Program-made: the position numbers and the translations under genes
Assembly: GCA_028023455.1 (NCBI GenBank)
Contig: JAQFVV010000006.1
Span: 17,670,001-17,734,000 of the forward strand
Direction: 5' to 3'
Source of the DNA: Epiperipatus broadwayi
Taxonomy: Eukaryota; Animalia; Onychophora
DNA: 64,000 bases
Shown: positions 1-12,955 of the stretch, piece after piece
Numbering within the stretch: the stretch's first letter is position 1
How the letters are laid out: every line of letters begins with the position of its first letter
The notes under the pieces: model-generated
What the model saw: the letters and a program-made list of their open reading frames with translations, nothing else
What the model was told of the DNA's origin: nothing
Database searches by the model: none

Positions 1-2409
1 CATTATTGTTTATTTGTTATTTTGCAATGCTATCTTGTAACTTCTTTTGCAAAAAAAAAATCCAATTTATTTCAATACTGTGTCTAATTCTATCTTCCTA
101 TTCTATCATCTTTCTAATAAAAGGAATCCAATGGTCCTTAAGATGATTGTTCTAACATAAACAGTATCTACTCCTACGAAACCATGCTCAAGTTTGCTAT
201 AAAATATTTTTTTAGGATGTCTTGTATCCGTTTCAGATTCTATGGTATCACATTCAGAAAATTGAAGAATACATTGAATTGATCTTTATCATCTTGTTCT
301 TGTATTTTTACAATTTTACAGATCATCCTTAAAGAAATTTTGTAATGCCTTTATGCTACATCAATAAGGAATTAAATTTCACTTCCATAAAATAAGTTAG
401 GTAGAACAACAGCTCTATGTCCAGCTAATTTAGTTATTATTTACTATGATGAAATATTCTATTTTTTAGCTTCTTAAAAGCATCTGCAGCACTGAATCTG
501 TGCTGCATTTTATCATCTAAACCCACATTTCTATTTAAAAAGCTAATAAGAATAAGATATTTCTGCACATTATTTTTTGAATTAGCAAAAATATTCCAAT
601 TGCAAACTGTAAATCCGGAATTTGAGAAGTTAAATTTCTTATATTCATTTTTAATCAATTCATATTAAACTTTCCATAATCAAGTATATCACATCTTGAT
701 GCCTGATTCATTAGACTGCATATATATAGTTTAAAAGACTATAGTCTTAACAATCTAAAAAATATTGGAACATATACACATCTTTGACTTATATCAGTTT
801 TTATTTCAAATGTCTCAGATTTTTCACTTGTAATAACACTTTCATTCCAACATATAGAAGCTGTATAATACAAATAAACTTTAGTATTTGTATAAATCAG
901 AAACTGTTTACTATCATTTATGGATATTTATAAACAGCTCTGAAATTAATTTATTTAGCTCATTGTTTATATATATTTACATGTTTTAGTGTGTAATAAA
1001 AATGTTGATTTTTGTTATTGTTAATGTAGCTAGCTATTTTTGAATATGCGATTGTGTATATGTTTGCTGATTTTTTTTTTTAATTTATTGAACTATTGAT
1101 TTATTTATTATTAGAATTTGTTATTTGAAAGTATTCATTTTAATATAGTGAAACCTTAATTGATTCATTATTTAATTCCATTTTGTATCTGTTTTCTTCA
1201 TTGCTGTAATTAGTCCCATATAAATGTATTTTTTTTCTGCATCCATTATTTCTTAAACTTGTTTTATTACATTGATTGTTAATATATCAAATAGTTTTCT
1301 TTTTAATTTGAAACTATCTAAAAATATTATTATCTATATTTAGGTATATGCTTATTTATTGAATAATATTCTGATAATTAAATTTTTTATAAATTTTTAC
1401 CTGTGAATAATAAAAAAGAGCTTTATGGTCCAAAAAATATGTACTTGAAGTTTACTTATATTTTTGAATAATTAGTTGCAAAGTCTTTTTCAGGAATGAA
1501 ACAAGTCATTCTTATATACCTTTTATTCATTTTTCAGTGCCTGTGCTCTAATTGTCTCAAATTAGCATGTGATTTTCCACTTAATCTTGAATAGAAACAT
1601 TGTCAACATCTCAGATCAACTCAAAGCACACTCAACTCCATACTTTGTATTTCAAGCTTATTTAAAGCATTGACCAATCAGAGATTTGTACACTAAAGCT
1701 AAAACAAATTTGTTACTTTTTTCTAATAAGTAAGAATGTTACAAAAAATGCTATACTTTATCTAATCACTATAATTAATGGTAACATTGGTTTTTTAATT
1801 ATATGCATTATTGTGATGTTACAATTATGTGTATAATGTATACAGTACATTTAAAGTAGTCTCTTGGTTTAAAGGTCTGGAAAAAATAATAGAATGGAAA
1901 CCTATTAAAAAAATAGTTTATTGGTTGATGCTTCAAATATTACATACATAAGATACAACTATCCTTATATTTAAATTATAATTTAAAATGTTAGTATAAT
2001 GTGTGTGTACATATATATAAATAAGCATATATTTTCAAAAAATCTATTAATATTAATTGTAATGATTAAATAGTTACTTATTTTAATAAATCTTATCCTA
2101 TATGTCAATTTATTATTTTTTTAAAAAAGTAGTTTATTTAATTGTTTAATTTTATATATATATTTTTTAAAAGTAATATTTATTTGTCTTTTAAAAGAAA
2201 GACAAAAGTTGGAGACAAAAATATGACATTTTTTTTAAAGAACAGATAGCAAAATGAGAAAGAATTTGGATAAAAATAATGTGCATTTCTATCACATTGA
2301 TTTCAGGACCAGTGAAAAGAGAGATGATGCAGAAAAATGATATCTGTATGTACACAAACATTGTGGAAAGTAAATATGAAATGTAAAGTGTTTTTTTTTT
2401 AAAAATTTA

Positions 2410-2598
2410 TAATAGATGGACACTTGAAATCTTAAACTGGATTGCAATAGACTGTGTAAGACCAAGAAAGAGACCACATATGAGATGGATAGACAAAATA
2501 AGGACATGGGCAGGGGTAATGTGAAGAAGGAAAGCTAAAGATTGGAGATGGATTGAACTTGGAAAGTCCTTTATTCTGCAGTGGATTGATGATGATGA
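2410..2598 (+). mobile_element. RTE-clade LINE 3' fragment
   Basis: Shares 'tggacacttgaaatcttaaactggatt...gagatggat...ttctgcagtggattgatgatgat' with the 3' end of the RTE at 12956-15955. Confidence 0.8.
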
Positions 2599-2943
2599 GC
2601 TTTAAAAGATTTTTGTCTTATAGTTCATCATTTGCTTTTTAAATTTGAAATATTCTTATCTAAAAGTTTTTCTGAAGAAATTGCAAACATATGTAAAAGC
2701 CATATAGTTCAAACATTAATAGATGGAGTACAACTTGAAAGTCATAATTGCAGTATAATTGACTATTTGTTAGTCTACTTTCAAAACAGGTTATATTTAC
2801 CTGTTCAATGTGGTTTATTTAAACTTCTTTGTATTAATAACTTCACTCTCTAATCAAGTTATAATCTTTAGTATATATATATATCAGACCATTGGTATTG
2901 TCTAAGTGTTGACTGCTTTCATGTATATCTGTATAAGTGTTAA

Positions 2944-3353
2944 ATATAAACATTGTAATGTAATGGGAATTATATTTTAGATAAAATTTCAGCTGCCATA
3001 TAATCAGGCAATAACCAATTAAAACTGGCGATGTAAATTGAAACCACGTGATCTAGTAACAACAATAGTGTTTGGGTGACAGAAGTGGAACTGCTTTTAG
3101 TTTAATACTCTAATTGATATAAAAATAGTGAATCAAGCATAGATATTTTTGCATCAAATAATGTGTTTAAGATAAAAGCAGTTCCACTTTTGGCTTAATA
3201 GTCGCTCAAACAAATACTATTGTTACTACTAGGTCACGTGGTTTCGGCTTGCACTGCCGATTTTAATTAGTTTTGCCTAATTAATTACATTGTAGGTGAA
3301 ATTTATCTAGATTATTCTATAGAAGCATTCCCATTGCATTTCAATGTTTATAT
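2944..3353. repeat. ~410-bp foldback / MITE-like inverted repeat
   Basis: Arms pair: 'aaaccacgtgatctagtaa...agtggaactgctttta' versus 'taaaagcagttccact...actaggtcacgtggtttc'. Outer ends 'aacattgtaatgtaatgggaat' / 'attcccattgcatttcaatgtt'. Confidence 0.8.
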
Positions 3354-4186
3354 CTGTAAGTCCGTGAAATTCTTTCAATTAATACATACATATTAAACAA
3401 CTGTATATGCAAAAGAGAGGGGGGAAATGAATATTTATTTGTCTTAATTATATTGATTTTCTAGTTGTGGAAAATAATGAGATTTGGGGGGGGGGTATTT
3501 TTCAATCATAATTTATTAATAAGAGTAATTATTCAAAATATACAGCATATTTTATCAGGCTTCTATTGTTATAATCACCTGTCTTACTTAATAGCTTGAT
3601 AATTGTTCATGTCACTACGTTATTCCATTAAATAGTTGTGTGTTCATTTTCTAGTTTTGTGTAATTACTTCCTTTTCAAATTATTTTACATGTTTATATG
3701 TCAGAAAGAAATAGACAAATGGGAGGAGTGTGTTCAAAGCTTTATGCTTTGAATAATTAAATTCTCTCATTATACTTTTTTTATTTCATGGTGACGTAAT
3801 CATTTTTTAAATTTCCATTTTACTTTGATTAAGAAAAGGAAAGCTGATATTACAGTTCTGTCACCAACATGCATGCTTTATTGTATTCACATAATTAGTC
3901 CAGGATAGTGTGTGTGTGCGCGCACGTATATAAGTAAAACAGTTTTTCAATAACTTACTATGTTATCTCCAACAGCCATCAAAAAGAAACAGTGAAGAAG
4001 AACACATTATCTACTACTATAGAGGTTTGAACAATTTTCCAATCTTGTTTTTTGCAAGTTAAAAATAAATGGACATATTAATTACTGATTAATATTGCAT
4101 AGTTAGATTAATTGACTAAGGGGTGGCTGCATGAAAGAAAAATTCTAAACCTGATTGGAATCTTTAAAAATATTTAAATTGTACTT

Positions 4187-4250
4187 GGCCTGGATTCAAA
4201 GCCAAGTCTTTGGAATAGCAGGCAAATAGGATACCACTAATACCACAAGC
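4187..4250 (-). mobile_element. Degenerate tRNA-derived SINE head
   Basis: Minus strand reads gtggtattagtggta...ttgcctgctatt...gctttgaatccaggcc, with A-box-like and B-box-like remnants. Confidence 0.4.
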
Positions 4251-5979
4251 TCATATATATATATATTAGCAGTGAAATAGAAGGAACCAATTATATGTGT
4301 GTATATATATATTAAAATTATTAATAATACTATTTATTATTCATTAATCCTTTCCTTGACAAGAAAAACTTAATAAAGTCGGAGTTCATATAGATTTAAT
4401 TTTTTATAAATTTGAATTTTCAGTTTTAATGAAATTTATAGCAGAATAGAACTGTTTTTTAGCATGATTACTAAAATTAAATATTTTTGTTTAAAATAAT
4501 GAAATAATATTAAAAGTAATGAATTTATCTAAGGAAGTAAAAAAAAATTACCTTAGTGAATTAGCTAAAAAATCATATATATATGTTGTTGTTTTTTTTT
4601 AACGACTGTAAGTTTAATTTTTTTTAAAAGCATGTCATACAAGTAAAATGTTTTAAATTTATTATTAAAAATATGTTTCAAAAATGATTGAAATAACTTT
4701 TTAACTCTTACAGAGCCGTCTTTGTAATTAAAGCAAGGTCAATATGTGTAATTTAATTTCATATATATAACATTTAATTTGAATAAAAAATTTGACATAA
4801 CTAAAAAAAAACAAAGTAATTGTAGAAGTCATAAATTTAGTTAAGGAAATCAAACAATAAGACTTTTTTATATATATTAAAAACAATAACTTTTTTTTCT
4901 TCTTTTCCATTGATAGAAGTTTAAATTCTAAACTTTTAAATCATCAAAAAATAACATAAATCACCTCTATAATTTTATCTTCTTGACAAATAAAATACGA
5001 ACAAATATCACCATTTTGAGAAAATTGAATTTTTTGGGTTGACATATATAGAGTTTTATATTTTGCTGTTAATTTCTGCCATCTGTTAACATAAACCAAA
5101 ATATATAATCTTTACTTTTTGCCTATACATAAACGTTTGGGTAAAAAGGATAGATGGATTCATTCTATCTTTTCACAAAGACTTTATCTTGTGTTTGAAA
5201 GTGAGAGTATTCATTTATAGTTAAAAATCCACAAAGCACATGTGCATTAGCTTAATGGCTGATTATTACTATTACAGTTTATAAAAACACCATGCTATAT
5301 AAAATAAATATCTCATTTATTATATATTGTAAAAAATAAAAGTATTGGCATTTATACCATTCAAATATCATCCAAGGTAAATCAGAATTTGCTATGAAAT
5401 AAAATAATTTGCTTTAGTAAACCCATTTTTCTGCTTTATGAGCATAAACAACCATCTTCTCCTGGAGGTTTGTGATGATGGTGTTCTAGTTGTATTTTTA
5501 TATTGGATTATTTTCATCATCTAATTTGCATATTGAATGTCTTTAGAAAAATTTAACTTTATTTTAATATTCCAAATACATTCAACTGTTAGGAATAGCA
5601 CATCTAATAAGTTAATATATGCACAATGTTTTGAGAGGTATTATTCTCCCCTCTTCTTAAGGTGTTGCTGGCCTGACCAGTGACAGTACTAGCAAGGGAT
5701 TCGAACCTGGGCCCTTGGATTCTTGAGTATTGAATTTTAAGGTAATGCTCTGAAGTTGATTAGAAATCTATTATACTGTTTATATATATCTATTATTAAT
5801 ATTTAGTCATCCAATAATTTAATGAAAGTAGATTTGATCTATCCCGTAGGGTTGATATTATGTGTTAGAATGTTTATATAGAGTTTTGAATAGTCTTTTA
5901 TTGATATATATATATAGTAATTCTATAATTAAAACACTTCAAACAATGAAAAGTCCCATTTTCGTCTTTTCTTTACAAA

Positions 5980-6117
5980 AACTTTATTTCTTTTTCTTTT
6001 CCTATGTCATAGCATCGGCCGGGCGTGAACCCACAACCGTCTGCAACCAACCAACTACTTGCTTGTAAGGCGGCTGCGATGATCTCTCGGCTAACAACGC
6101 TTGACAACTTTATTTCT
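5980..6117 (-). mobile_element. tRNA-Gly(TCC)-derived SINE with A-rich tail, 12-bp TSD
   Basis: Minus strand: gcgttgttagccgagag...gccgccttacaagc...gggttcacgcccggccgatgct. aactttatttct occurs at 5980-5991 and 6106-6117. Confidence 0.8.
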
Positions 6118-6349
6118 TGTATATGTATATCCACTTATATACAAGAAATAAAGTTTTTGTAAAGAAAAGATATATATAATTAAGTATTTATTTATACAGC
6201 GCTATGGTGGTAAATTGTAAATGTAAATTAGCGATCAGGCTAATGCACATGCGCTTTACAGATAACTATATGTAAATAATACTAACATTCTCAAACACAA
6301 GGTAAAGAAAAGAGGAAAATGAGACTTTTCATTGTTTGAAGTGTTTTAA

Positions 6350-6720
6350 TTATAGAATTATATGTAATGTATATTTTGAAACGAAAAAAAGGATGGAGTG
6401 GTGATTAGAGGGTTTTAAACAGAAGTAAATGGATTTGTCTTTTATTGATGTGATATTTTCTAAAAAAAACTCTGAGGGGGAGAGATTTGGTATTCTTACC
6501 AGATAACATCTTGTTATGTGCAACCAAATCACTTTTGGGTCAAAGGGGAAGTATTTACTTGTGGGCAAATTTGAATCACATTAATCTCTATGTCTAAGAT
6601 AAATTAGTTTGCTTGCTTGAAATTTTCTTGTCTGGTATTATCTTGCCTGGATTGACATCCTTGGATTCCATTATAATTCACTGATCTTTGATTTAAAAGG
6701 ATAGGTTGCATATGCCTCTT
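6350..6720 (-). mobile_element. Decayed Penelope-like RT C-terminal remnant (tentative)
   Basis: Minus-strand peptide PTSKYFPFDP resembles the PLE 'KPT..YL.F.S.HP' region. No intact ORF. Confidence 0.35.
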
Positions 6721-7434
6721 TGGATACTTATATATATATACACACACATAAGGTTTATCTAGAGTAAGAATTCATGTTCGATAATAACAGATTGTAATTG
6801 ACCTTAAGTGAGGAGAAAGAAGGTTGTTTGTATAGGGATTTAAATGTTGATCGAATCACTTCATTATATTTCTTAAAGTGTAGGATTAATAAACATAGTG
6901 CAAAGTTAATTCTGTGATTCTATGTGTATTTTTATTTATTTAACTAATTATATATTCTATCTACCAAATATCCATCTGTTAATTATTTCAATATGTTTAA
7001 AGGGGTAGTTCAAACAAGCTTTACCTAAGGTGGGTGTTCATGTACATATAAATGACTAGTTTATCATGGCATGTATGATTCCTTATAAAATAAATTATGA
7101 TCAGCTTCCTAAAGATGGGGAACAAGATTATCCTTAGTGAGTTTGGCTTCTGTCTGGCAGTGCCTATTAGTGATCATACATGTTTCATATGCTTCAACTT
7201 GTACTACTACAATTTTAATGTACCAATTAAGAATTTTAAACAAGTGAAAGTTATCAAAGTGAGACCTAAAGTATATATTTGAGCTGGGGATAATATTTAG
7301 CTTCATAAATGATTAGTAAAAAATTTTAATATGTTTCAGCAAAATGGTTTGTATCAAAGTTGTAAAGCAAAAAAAATTGAAACCTTTCACCTAACCATAG
7401 TAATTTCCTATCTATATATGTATTTAGCAATGAT

Positions 7435-7560
7435 TTGATCTGGGCCAACTGATGAGTGCTGGTTCAGCACAAAATGCCCATTTTGGGTATCAAATATCTT
7501 TTTCATATGTCCTTGATCATAAGTTTCAGTAATGTGTGTTGGAATAGAAGTTTGAAATAT
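7435..7560 (+). mobile_element. Family B hammerhead element fragment; core inactivated (G12A)
   Basis: ccaa CTGATGA (7449-7455) GTGCTG-GTT-CAGCAC, then AAAA instead of GAAA. Downstream sequence resembles the other family B copies. Confidence 0.75.
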
Positions 7561-8549
7561 ATTTAAATAGATATTATATGAAGTTTAAGTATCTTCAGAA
7601 AAAAAAAATAATGTGTATATAAAGCAAAATTATAAATGTGCTATATGGTTTAGTTGAAAAAGTGTATTTCAAAGGCATCTATAATGTGAGAGGTTGCTAA
7701 TGGGTGGTTGTCATAGTGAGCTAAACGTGAAAGATGTAATGATAAACAAAAAATCTTTAATGTATTTCAAATATTTATTTTCCTGCAACAGTAAATATGA
7801 AATTAATAAAGATTGAATGAAATATGAAGATATTATTAATATAACTATTAAGTAATATTTAATCCTATTTCATAACAAAGTAAAAAGCAATAATCAAATT
7901 AGTTATTTTTACTAAAGTATAGTAGGCTAAATAAAAATGTTTAGGCATAATTATATTAAACTGTATGTGAAATAAATTGTGTTTTTATACATAAGTTAAG
8001 GGAGAACTAAATCATAAAATTAAATTTAACATGTTTAATAAGTTTCCTGGGTGTTCATTGCTCTTAAGAGATATAAGAGGAACAGCTTTGAGGAAAATAT
8101 AAATAATTGAAACTGTAATAACTGAATGAAAAATATTGTGAAAAGTGTAAAGAAGTGGATTTGGGGGGGTATGTTTAATGAGTTATTAATTAAAACAAAA
8201 ATCACATTTTTAATTTATTAAAAATTAATATTTTTAATTAATTATATTGGGCAGAAATTATCTCACATTAAAAATCTATTTCAAATGACAATTCAAAATT
8301 TCATTAGGAATTTTAAATATTTAGTCATAGATTAAAAAAAAAATTTTTTTTAAAAATATATAATATTTTAGAAAATTCATAACTCACCAAATACAATTTT
8401 TTTTAGATAGCTTTAGAAAATTTAACAAAATACAGCCTCCTGTATTTGCAATATTTGATTCCATATCAGAATCAAATATTGTGGACTGGTACAAAAATTC
8501 ACAAATAGTAATAAACCATATTATATGCATTTTAGCATGCATAAATATG

Positions 8550-9250
8550 GGTATGTATATGATGTAATAGTTTATGCAAATAATACTCAGACCTTCAGGA
8601 AATGCTCTAAGAGTTATCAGATGAAAGAAAGAAAGTAGCACTTACAAAGGTAGATGTTAAAAAGACTAAAGTAATGTTGAATGTATTTTCTCAAAAGAAG
8701 AAAATAAAAGATTGATAATAATTAGTTAGAAGTTAATAATTACAAATACTTTAATCAGATTATTACTACAAATGGAAACATCATCGATGGAATTAATTAT
8801 AGAACTAAATTTGGTTGGAGTTCTTTTGGTAGAAATAACTTTATACTAAAAGAAAATATGCCTGTGTGTTTAGAAATGTTTTTAACAAATGTGTTTACCA
8901 TTTTTTAATTATGAATATGAGACTTTGACACTTAACAGAATAGCAATATATAGACTTCGGACCACTGAATGAAGTATGGGAAGATTTATGTTAGAGATAA
9001 CAAAGAAATTGAAAGCAAAATGCATTGAAAGAATTAAGAGACTGAAATGGAGTTGGGCTGGACATGGATGGACATTTGAAATCTTAAACTGGATTCCAAG
9101 AAATTCCAAAAAAAAAAAAAAACTAAAAAAAGACTACATATGAGATGGATGGATGGAATAAAATAAGTGTGCTGTGGTGATGTGGATAAAAGCTTGAAAT
9201 TGGAAAAACTGGAATAAATTTGGAGAGACTTTTACCCTGCAGTGAGTCAA
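8550..9250 (+). mobile_element. RTE LINE 3' fragment (RT C-terminus to tail)
   Basis: Reads DVIVYANNTQ..LQEML and matches the reverse complement of 12960-13670, ending ...ctgcagtga. Confidence 0.8.
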
Positions 9251-12102
9251 TAATATTTGAAAATGTTGAAAACATGTATAACATTCATATTTAGGTATAT
9301 GTACATGTTATTTATATGCCCTGAACCAAAAATATAGTTTAAAATTTTTTTTTTATTAATTTCTCACTGTTTTTTTTAAAATCACAAATAACTGAAATCA
9401 CAGAATTGGAATTAATATAGAAAGATTTTTCGACATACATTATTAATACTAGCTATAGATAGCTTATGACTGTATGCAAATTTCATTATATTAATTTCAT
9501 GTTGTTGTTTTTTTTGTATGCCTTTTATTTTAATATTTATTTTTAGAAAAATAGTTTTTTTTTTTTATTTCATTTCATTAGTTTTTTAATATCTATTATA
9601 AATATCTTATATTTTTATTATTTTGTTTTTAATTTCATTTTGATCTTGTTTATGTAGTATATATCTAATAAAAGACTTATTTTATTACATCTATATATAT
9701 ATATGGAGTAGCAAGTTTCTACAAAATTGTAATAAAATCAAATTACAGTATAAAATGAAATTTAATACATGCTATTTTAACTGGATTATTGTTCTGTGCA
9801 GTTTGACCCGGTGTTAGAATTATAGTTTTAAGAGCTAAAGATTTCTGGATCAGAGCTCAGTCTGTCATTCCACTGCTCGAATGTCACGTACACACCAGCA
9901 ACCAATCATTGGATTATTATTAGAGTTATTTAATATTTTATATGCTGTAAGAATGTTAAATGGTGGTACTGCATATCCCCATTCCTAGATTAGTTATTGG
10001 CCATCTTCAGAGAAGAGCAGGATTCATATTTGCAGCAATTATTTTATCACTTTTTTTTTTATAACAGTTTAATTATACAAACAAGTTGGTTCAAATTTTA
10101 TCTCTCAGAATATTTTTAATGAATTGATTAATAATGCAAGGAAAAAGATGATAGCTAGATGTATGAATGGATTCTGTGCGTTATTTGGGGAAACCAGTGA
10201 CTAGAAACTAGTCTGGTGTTGTAGGCTTATCGTTACCTTCTAGTGTTAACTGTCTATTCAAGATTACAATAGTTGACTCTAAAGTTGTGTAAAATGGAAT
10301 AAATTGAATAATTTTGCCCTTATTTATTGCAGATATTGACAAGAAGCCCAAACAGTCATGAGACGTTATTTTTGTACTAATGCTAGTTTTAATTTTTTGG
10401 ATAATTCTTTCTTATGTATTACTAATTTTTTAAAGAGAAATTAATTATTGTTTGAAGAAATAAAATTGGAATTGCTTCCAAAGCTTATTTATGTCTTGTG
10501 AATAAACTGTTTGGGTGTTCATATGTATACGCATTTAAAATGTTTGTTTTCTTTTTACTAGCACTAAAAGATTGCAAACATTTGAAAGTCTATTGAATCT
10601 TTTTATTTTATATTTTTGTTATTGTGAGCATTATTTCCATCTTCAAAAATATATTGAATATTGGTTCTGAAATGCTTTCTCATTGGGTAAATAGCATTAT
10701 ATGGGAATTTTTTTTTTCTCTTTTCCTATTATTGAGTGGTACATTTAGTCCACTTTATCTTAGTGAGTTTTTCCAATAATCAATTGAAGTATACCTTTCT
10801 ACAACACATGTATTAAAGGAAGAATGTACATTATTTTTTTTTCGATAATAATATTCAATTTTAAAATAAATGTTAAAAATTATATTTTTATAAAGTTTGT
10901 ATATCTATACGCACAGTGTATATATAAAAATGTATGACATTTAGATGCATTTGCGTAGATGTACGTATGTTTGAATATATATATACATAGTTTTTTGTGG
11001 TTTAGGATGGAGCAGTAGATTGGCAGACTCAAGGGCTAAAGATACACGGATCGCAGATCTGCCATGTGAGTTCAGTGCTCGAATGTTGTATGTCTACCCA
11101 GTATAAACGTTCTTATTACTATTAATTTATGCACCATATATACATACATATAGAATGATCGTTATTGTGTGAAGAAGCTCTACAGCTATATCATTGGGGG
11201 TTTTTTTCTGATGCATAGTTTTTTGGGAGGATTGGGGGGTGGAGTGGCATTTTTTAATCATGTGTAATTAAATGTATATAGTATTTGGGGTGATTAATTT
11301 GGAATAGTTTTTGTAGATCTCATCTTTATTATATTGCTATTGTTTAGTAAACTTTTTTTTTTTTTAATATACAACTTTTATTTATGGATACTTTATTGAA
11401 CTGAAACTTGTTGCAAACCAAAGTCCTCTCTCTAATTTAAACAAGTCAGAGTTGACCTAAATAAGACGATTGTTTTACTTTGTTGCAGGAAAGAATAATT
11501 TCTTTACTTTTGAATCGTAAATAATCTAAATCCTTGTTCAAAAATATTTGAACCAGGTGCTTTATGATCGTTCATATTTTTTTTAAAACAACTCAATATG
11601 TTTCAAATTTATATATAATTAAAAAATTAAGTCCAAATGAGGTCTATGGTAGCACTGTTGCAATAATGCCAAATTAGAAAGCAAACTATTGCCAATAAGG
11701 GAATGTAGGAACTTTTTTTTTTTTTACTCATGAATGCATATATCAGCAAACTAAAAGATTATTAATATTACTTGTTAAATGTATAGGAAATCTCTGTGTC
11801 AAGGGTTGTTTTTTTTTAAATTTCAACAAACCATCCCATCTCCTCTTGGAATAAATCAATATGCGTGCTTGTGTATTAGTCTGGGGTGAAATTTTCGTCT
11901 TCATTAAAATCGTTATGGTTATATATGATTGCTAAATATTTAATAGTATATAATTAAATATTTGAAAACCAGGCGCTCTTTACAAACCTGGAGCTTAATT
12001 GTAAATATAGGGGATTTGAACTCAGACTTTCAAACATCCACCAACTATCCACTCTATCTCATACAACTGATATACATGATCACACACATATAGAAAAGAT
12101 AA

Positions 12103-12161
12103 ATAATCACCAATAAACATATTTCATGCTAAACCAGCATTCATCAGTTGGTCCAGATTAT
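12103..12161 (-). ncRNA. Type I hammerhead ribozyme (family B), one helix III mismatch
   Basis: Minus: ATAATC-TGG-ACCAA CTGATGA ATGCTG-GTT-TAGCAT GAAA TATGTT TA TTGGT-GATTAT. Confidence 0.8.
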
Positions 12162-12445
12162 CATCTCCCACACATATATATATAATCAGTGCTCAGTTTA
12201 TATTAAGATAGCAATTCCTCACACTTTAATGGATAGGATTTAATCTACTACAACCTCCAACTTTTCAGCCAATCATATCATTGAAAATCAGCATGGGATT
12301 TGGGCTTTCCATCAACAGATTTTCAATGATATCGATGGCTGAAAAGTTGGAGGTTGTAGTAGATTGAAGCCTGTCTATTAAAGTGTGAGGATTTGCTATC
12401 TTAATATAAACTGAGCACTGATTATATATATATGTGTGGGAGATG

Positions 12446-12504
12446 ATAATCTGGACCAACTGATGAATGCTGGTTTAACATGAAATATGTATATTGGTGA
12501 TTAT
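12446..12504 (+). ncRNA. Type I hammerhead ribozyme (family B), core intact; predicted cleavage after 12493
   Basis: ATAATC-TGG-ACCAA CTGATGA(12460-66) ATGCTG-GTT-TAACAT GAAA(12482-85) TATGTA TA TTGGT-GATTAT. Helix I has a 3-nt bulge. Confidence 0.85.
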
Positions 12505-12955
12505 TTATCTTTTCTACATATGTGTGGTCATGTATATCAGTTGTATAAAATAGAGTGCATAGTTGGTGGGTGCTTGAAAGTCTGAGTTCAAATCTCCTAT
12601 ATTTAGTATATAATTAAGTAAATTTAACTTTCGAAGATAAGTTGTTGAAGAGTATTTTTATAGCTATTATACATTCTTTATTAACTTTTAGCTACACTAA
12701 CCTACTTATGCTTTAAAGATGACCATCTTTTGCCATGTAAATAAATTGACATTAATAAAGAAGGTGGAGTTGTTATTTACAACTTTATTAAAAATGATTC
12801 TTTAAATCTTTGAAAGTTAAATTTACTTTATTAAATAAAACATACTATCAAATATTTAGCAATCATAAGTAATGAAGACTAAAATTTCACCATTGATCTA
12901 GATTCTGCTGAAATTTTTAATAAATATTGATTTTACTATATATATAAATTTGTAT

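Larger units (their letters stand above)
12002..12605. mobile_element. Family B hammerhead element as a ~600-bp head-to-head palindrome
   Basis: Left arm ~12002-12288 is the reverse complement of right arm ~12317-12605 (taaatataggggatttgaac... / ...gttcaaatctcctatattta). Each arm carries an HHR. Confidence 0.9.

Noticed and set aside
3265-3310. Hammerhead in the 2.9-3.35 kb foldback (CTAATTA...GAAA; CTGATTA...GAAA in the other arm)
   Set aside because: Core mismatched and no helix I or III can be formed.
10185-10220. Isolated GAAACTAGTCTGG resembling the family A HHR 3' half
   Set aside because: No CTGANGA core or other family A sequence nearby.
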